A DNA stretch of 64,000 bases from Rhizaria sp. SCN 62-66 (lineage: Eukaryota). The stretch's first letter is position 1; each line of letters starts with the position of its first letter. The notes below the pieces were generated by a model. The model had not been told where the DNA came from, did not search any database, and saw only the letters and a list, made by a program, of their open reading frames with translations. Below, in pieces: positions 61,651 through 64,000 of this stretch. The stretch covers positions 1 through 64,000 of the forward strand of contig MEDY01000079.1 in NCBI GenBank assembly GCA_001724265.1. The letters run 5' to 3'. The position numbers were made by a program, and so were the translations under genes.

Positions 61651-64000
61651 ATGTCTCACTACTCAGACTTCACTGAGCGTCCTGGTCCATCCAACGGGTC
61701 TGGTGAGGTCGAGATGAATGTCTACGGGTCTGATCCCAGCCACCAAAACGGCAACGGCGAAGGCCAGTCCTTCGACGCGGCCCCGCACTCTCAGAACTTC
61801 GCAACCAGCGCTTCACCGTCCGCCGACATGCACGCGCCGCTGCGCCCCGGCGCGACTGTGGAGGACGACACTGGCTCCCGCGACGCCAGCGTGAACCGCC
61901 CCATGCAGACCCCGCCGCCGCAACAGCAACAGCAGCAACAGCAATACCAGCAGCCACAGCAGCCGCAACAGCAGCAGCCCCAGAGTGGCCGCAACTTGGC
62001 CGAACCGCCCGCGTCGCAGCGCGGCGTGGCGCCCTTCGCGCGCCCGCCCAGCGACCTCGGCCAGCAACCTCAGCAGTCCCAGCCTCAACAACAGTTTGAC
62101 TTGTTCGCTGCGCAGAACTCCCGCCCCGGCTCTGCACGCCCGCCCGCGGATAAGTCCGCCGGCGACACGTTGGCCAGAGACGAGCCCCCCGGCTCCGCGC
62201 GCGCCCCCGCGTCGTCAGCGCGCCTGACCGGCCAGCCCGTCCTCATTATCGACAGCAACAACAATGACAGCAACGGCAACAACAGCAATCAGTCCGCCGG
62301 ACGCGCCCCCGAGCTCCCCACTGGCGACGGCGAGGAAGAAGAGGACGGTGCCATCCCGAGCGACAACAAGCCCAGCTCCAGCGCCGGCGCCGCCTCCGAT
62401 CCTGCTTCGCCCGCTTTACTCGCCGCTTCGGCTTCCGCAACAACCGCTGCTGCGACGACCGAGCCCGCGCCGGCACCGGCGCCCGCGCCTACAGCGCGCG
62501 TCGCCGCGCCGGCCAAGACCAAGACCGGCGCCAAGAGCAACGGCAACGGCGGCAAGGCGGTCTCGGTGGCGTCGGCCGAGCAACTCCTCGCGCACGGCCC
62601 CGTGTCGTCGGGCATGCACCGCGCGACGCTGCGCTTCACCGACCGCGCCGTCGAGGCTGGCTTCTGGTCGCACCGCCTGGAGGACCTCTCGGCGCGCCTC
62701 TGGCACATCTTCTGGGCCGGGCTCCTGCTCGCCGTTGGCGTGCTAGCGTGGGATGTCGTCTTCTACCTCACGACGTGGAAGGACGCGCAGTTCTGCGGCG
62801 ACCTCTTCGACCCGGCGTGCCGCTCGCTCGGCTTCCGCATCGTCGTCACAGCCTTCTTCGTCCCCGCGCTGGGCGTTGCGCTACTGCTGCACACGTCGTA
62901 CGCGCGCGCGCTGTACGACCCGCTGCGCCGCCGCCACTGCCTCGCCTGCGCGCGCGCCGTGCCCGTCGACCTGGCGTTCCTCGCTCTGCTGGCCATCGCG
63001 CTCGCCGTGCTGGGCCGCACGATCTCGGACAAGTTCTCCTCGATGCCCGTCGATTACGGCGTTGTTGTGCTCATGTTCCTCTACTTCAACGTCGCCGCCG
63101 CCTACCTCGCCATGTCTTTCCCCGTCGCGCTCCTGTCTGGCTTCGTGCTCATCTGCTACATCATCCTCACGCTCGTCTTCGCGTCGCTGTCCGGCGACTT
63201 CCTGTACTCGGCCGACTACGCGCTGGCGTCGCCCCTTGCGCGCTGGTCCTCCAACTCGCTCTTCTCGCAGACGGACCGCGCACACGAGGTCGCTTGGGCG
63301 CTCTTCTGGCCCATCTGCGGCTGGTTGCTTGCCGTGTACCTCGCGCGCATGGTCGAGGTCTCGCAGCGCAAGGCCTACGCGCTGCTGCGCAACTACGCCG
63401 CGATGGTGCAGCAGCGTGTCATTGTGCAGCGCCAGCGCAACGAGCTCTGGAACGAGCTCCGCAATCTTTCCCTGCGCCGCCTTGGCGTCGACCCGGCATC
63501 CGTGGCGCGCGGCGCGGGCGCGCGGTCGCCACAGGAGATGGGCTTCGACGACGACGACGAGCTCTACGCGGCCGCGGGTGGCGGCGCGGGCGGGATCGAC
63601 TTCACGTCGCCGGCCGAGCGCGCGATGCAGCTGCTGGGCGACATCCAGGGCGACCAGTCCATCTCCAACGAGGTCCTGCTTAAGGCGCGCCAGGTCGGCG
63701 AGATCCTCATGCACCCCACGGAGCTCTTCACGCCGCCGCTCAAGTCCTCCTCGGGCCGCACCGAGGCGAACCCCGAGGTGGCGCGGTGGGTCGCCGGGCT
63801 GGTGGATCCCGCGCATAACAAGGCGGGCGCCGCGGCAGGCGGGGCCAACAACGGTGAGGACGATGAAGAGGAGCCCGCTGACGGGCTCGCCGTTCGCGGC
63901 ATTGTCGACGACGACGGCAGCGCGCTGCTTGTGCCCGCGCTCGCAGCGCGCCTTGGCGATTCCGTCACTGAGCCGGACCTCAAGTACGTCGCGCAGCAGC
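61651..64000 (+). CDS. 5' part of a multi-pass membrane protein, probably a membrane-bound class I cyclic-nucleotide phosphodiesterase (runs off the window)
   Basis: Open frame from ATG 61651 to the window end, so it is absent from the ORF track. A low-complexity N-terminus precedes LRFTDRAVEAGF, about 6 hydrophobic helices (~62700-63350), a coiled-coil segment and DFTSPAERAMQLL...TELFTP, which resembles the pre-catalytic helical region of PDEs. The catalytic domain is not in the window; a cyclase is the alternative. Confidence 0.6.
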   Translation, partial: MSHYSDFTERPGPSNGSGEVEMNVYGSDPSHQNGNGEGQSFDAAPHSQNFATSASPSADMHAPLRPGATVEDDTGSRDASVNRPMQTPPPQQQQQQQQYQQPQQPQQQQPQSGRNLAEPPASQRGVAPFARPPSDLGQQPQQSQPQQQFDLFAAQNSRPGSARPPADKSAGDTLARDEPPGSARAPASSARLTGQPVLIIDSNNNDSNGNNSNQSAGRAPELPTGDGEEEEDGAIPSDNKPSSSAGAASDPASPALLAASASATTAAATTEPAPAPAPAPTARVAAPAKTKTGAKSNGNGGKAVSVASAEQLLAHGPVSSGMHRATLRFTDRAVEAGFWSHRLEDLSARLWHIFWAGLLLAVGVLAWDVVFYLTTWKDAQFCGDLFDPACRSLGFRIVVTAFFVPALGVALLLHTSYARALYDPLRRRHCLACARAVPVDLAFLALLAIALAVLGRTISDKFSSMPVDYGVVVLMFLYFNVAAAYLAMSFPVALLSGFVLICYIILTLVFASLSGDFLYSADYALASPLARWSSNSLFSQTDRAHEVAWALFWPICGWLLAVYLARMVEVSQRKAYALLRNYAAMVQQRVIVQRQRNELWNELRNLSLRRLGVDPASVARGAGARSPQEMGFDDDDELYAAAGGGAGGIDFTSPAERAMQLLGDIQGDQSISNEVLLKARQVGEILMHPTELFTPPLKSSSGRTEANPEVARWVAGLVDPAHNKAGAAAGGANNGEDDEEEPADGLAVRGIVDDDGSALLVPALAARLGDSVTEPDLKYVAQQ

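Overview
Gene-dense eukaryotic (protist-like) nuclear DNA. Exons are GC3-rich; spacers and GT-AG introns (about 100-300 nt, donor usually GTACG) are short and AT-richer. I can model 15 protein-coding genes: RPN11, a PLAC8-domain protein, a CELF-like 2xRRM protein, a 4536-aa membrane-anchored low-complexity protein hiding a split histidine-phosphatase fold, an 85-aa microprotein, a basic hypothetical protein, an ankyrin protein, a 4290-aa fibro-slime/lectin/Ig/Cys-repeat type I membrane protein, V-ATPase subunit E, NOG2, a ~1704-aa putatively GPI-anchored surface protein, an ACSF3-like acyl-CoA synthetase, adenylosuccinate lyase, a multi-EF-hand protein, and a truncated multi-TM protein that is probably a cyclic-nucleotide phosphodiesterase. 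I recognise no RNA genes, CRISPR arrays or mobile elements. The main signal is in stop-codon use: all 14 complete genes end in TAA (9) or TGA (5) and none in TAG, while TAG occurs in frame inside coding-looking sequence in two clear cases (5394, 51577) and one ambiguous case (55398). This suggests a variant nuclear genetic code in which UAG is a rare sense codon (Gln fits best). Sequencing error or pseudogenisation cannot be excluded, because two apparent 1-nt frameshifts are also present. All domain calls come from motif recognition by eye, not database searches.
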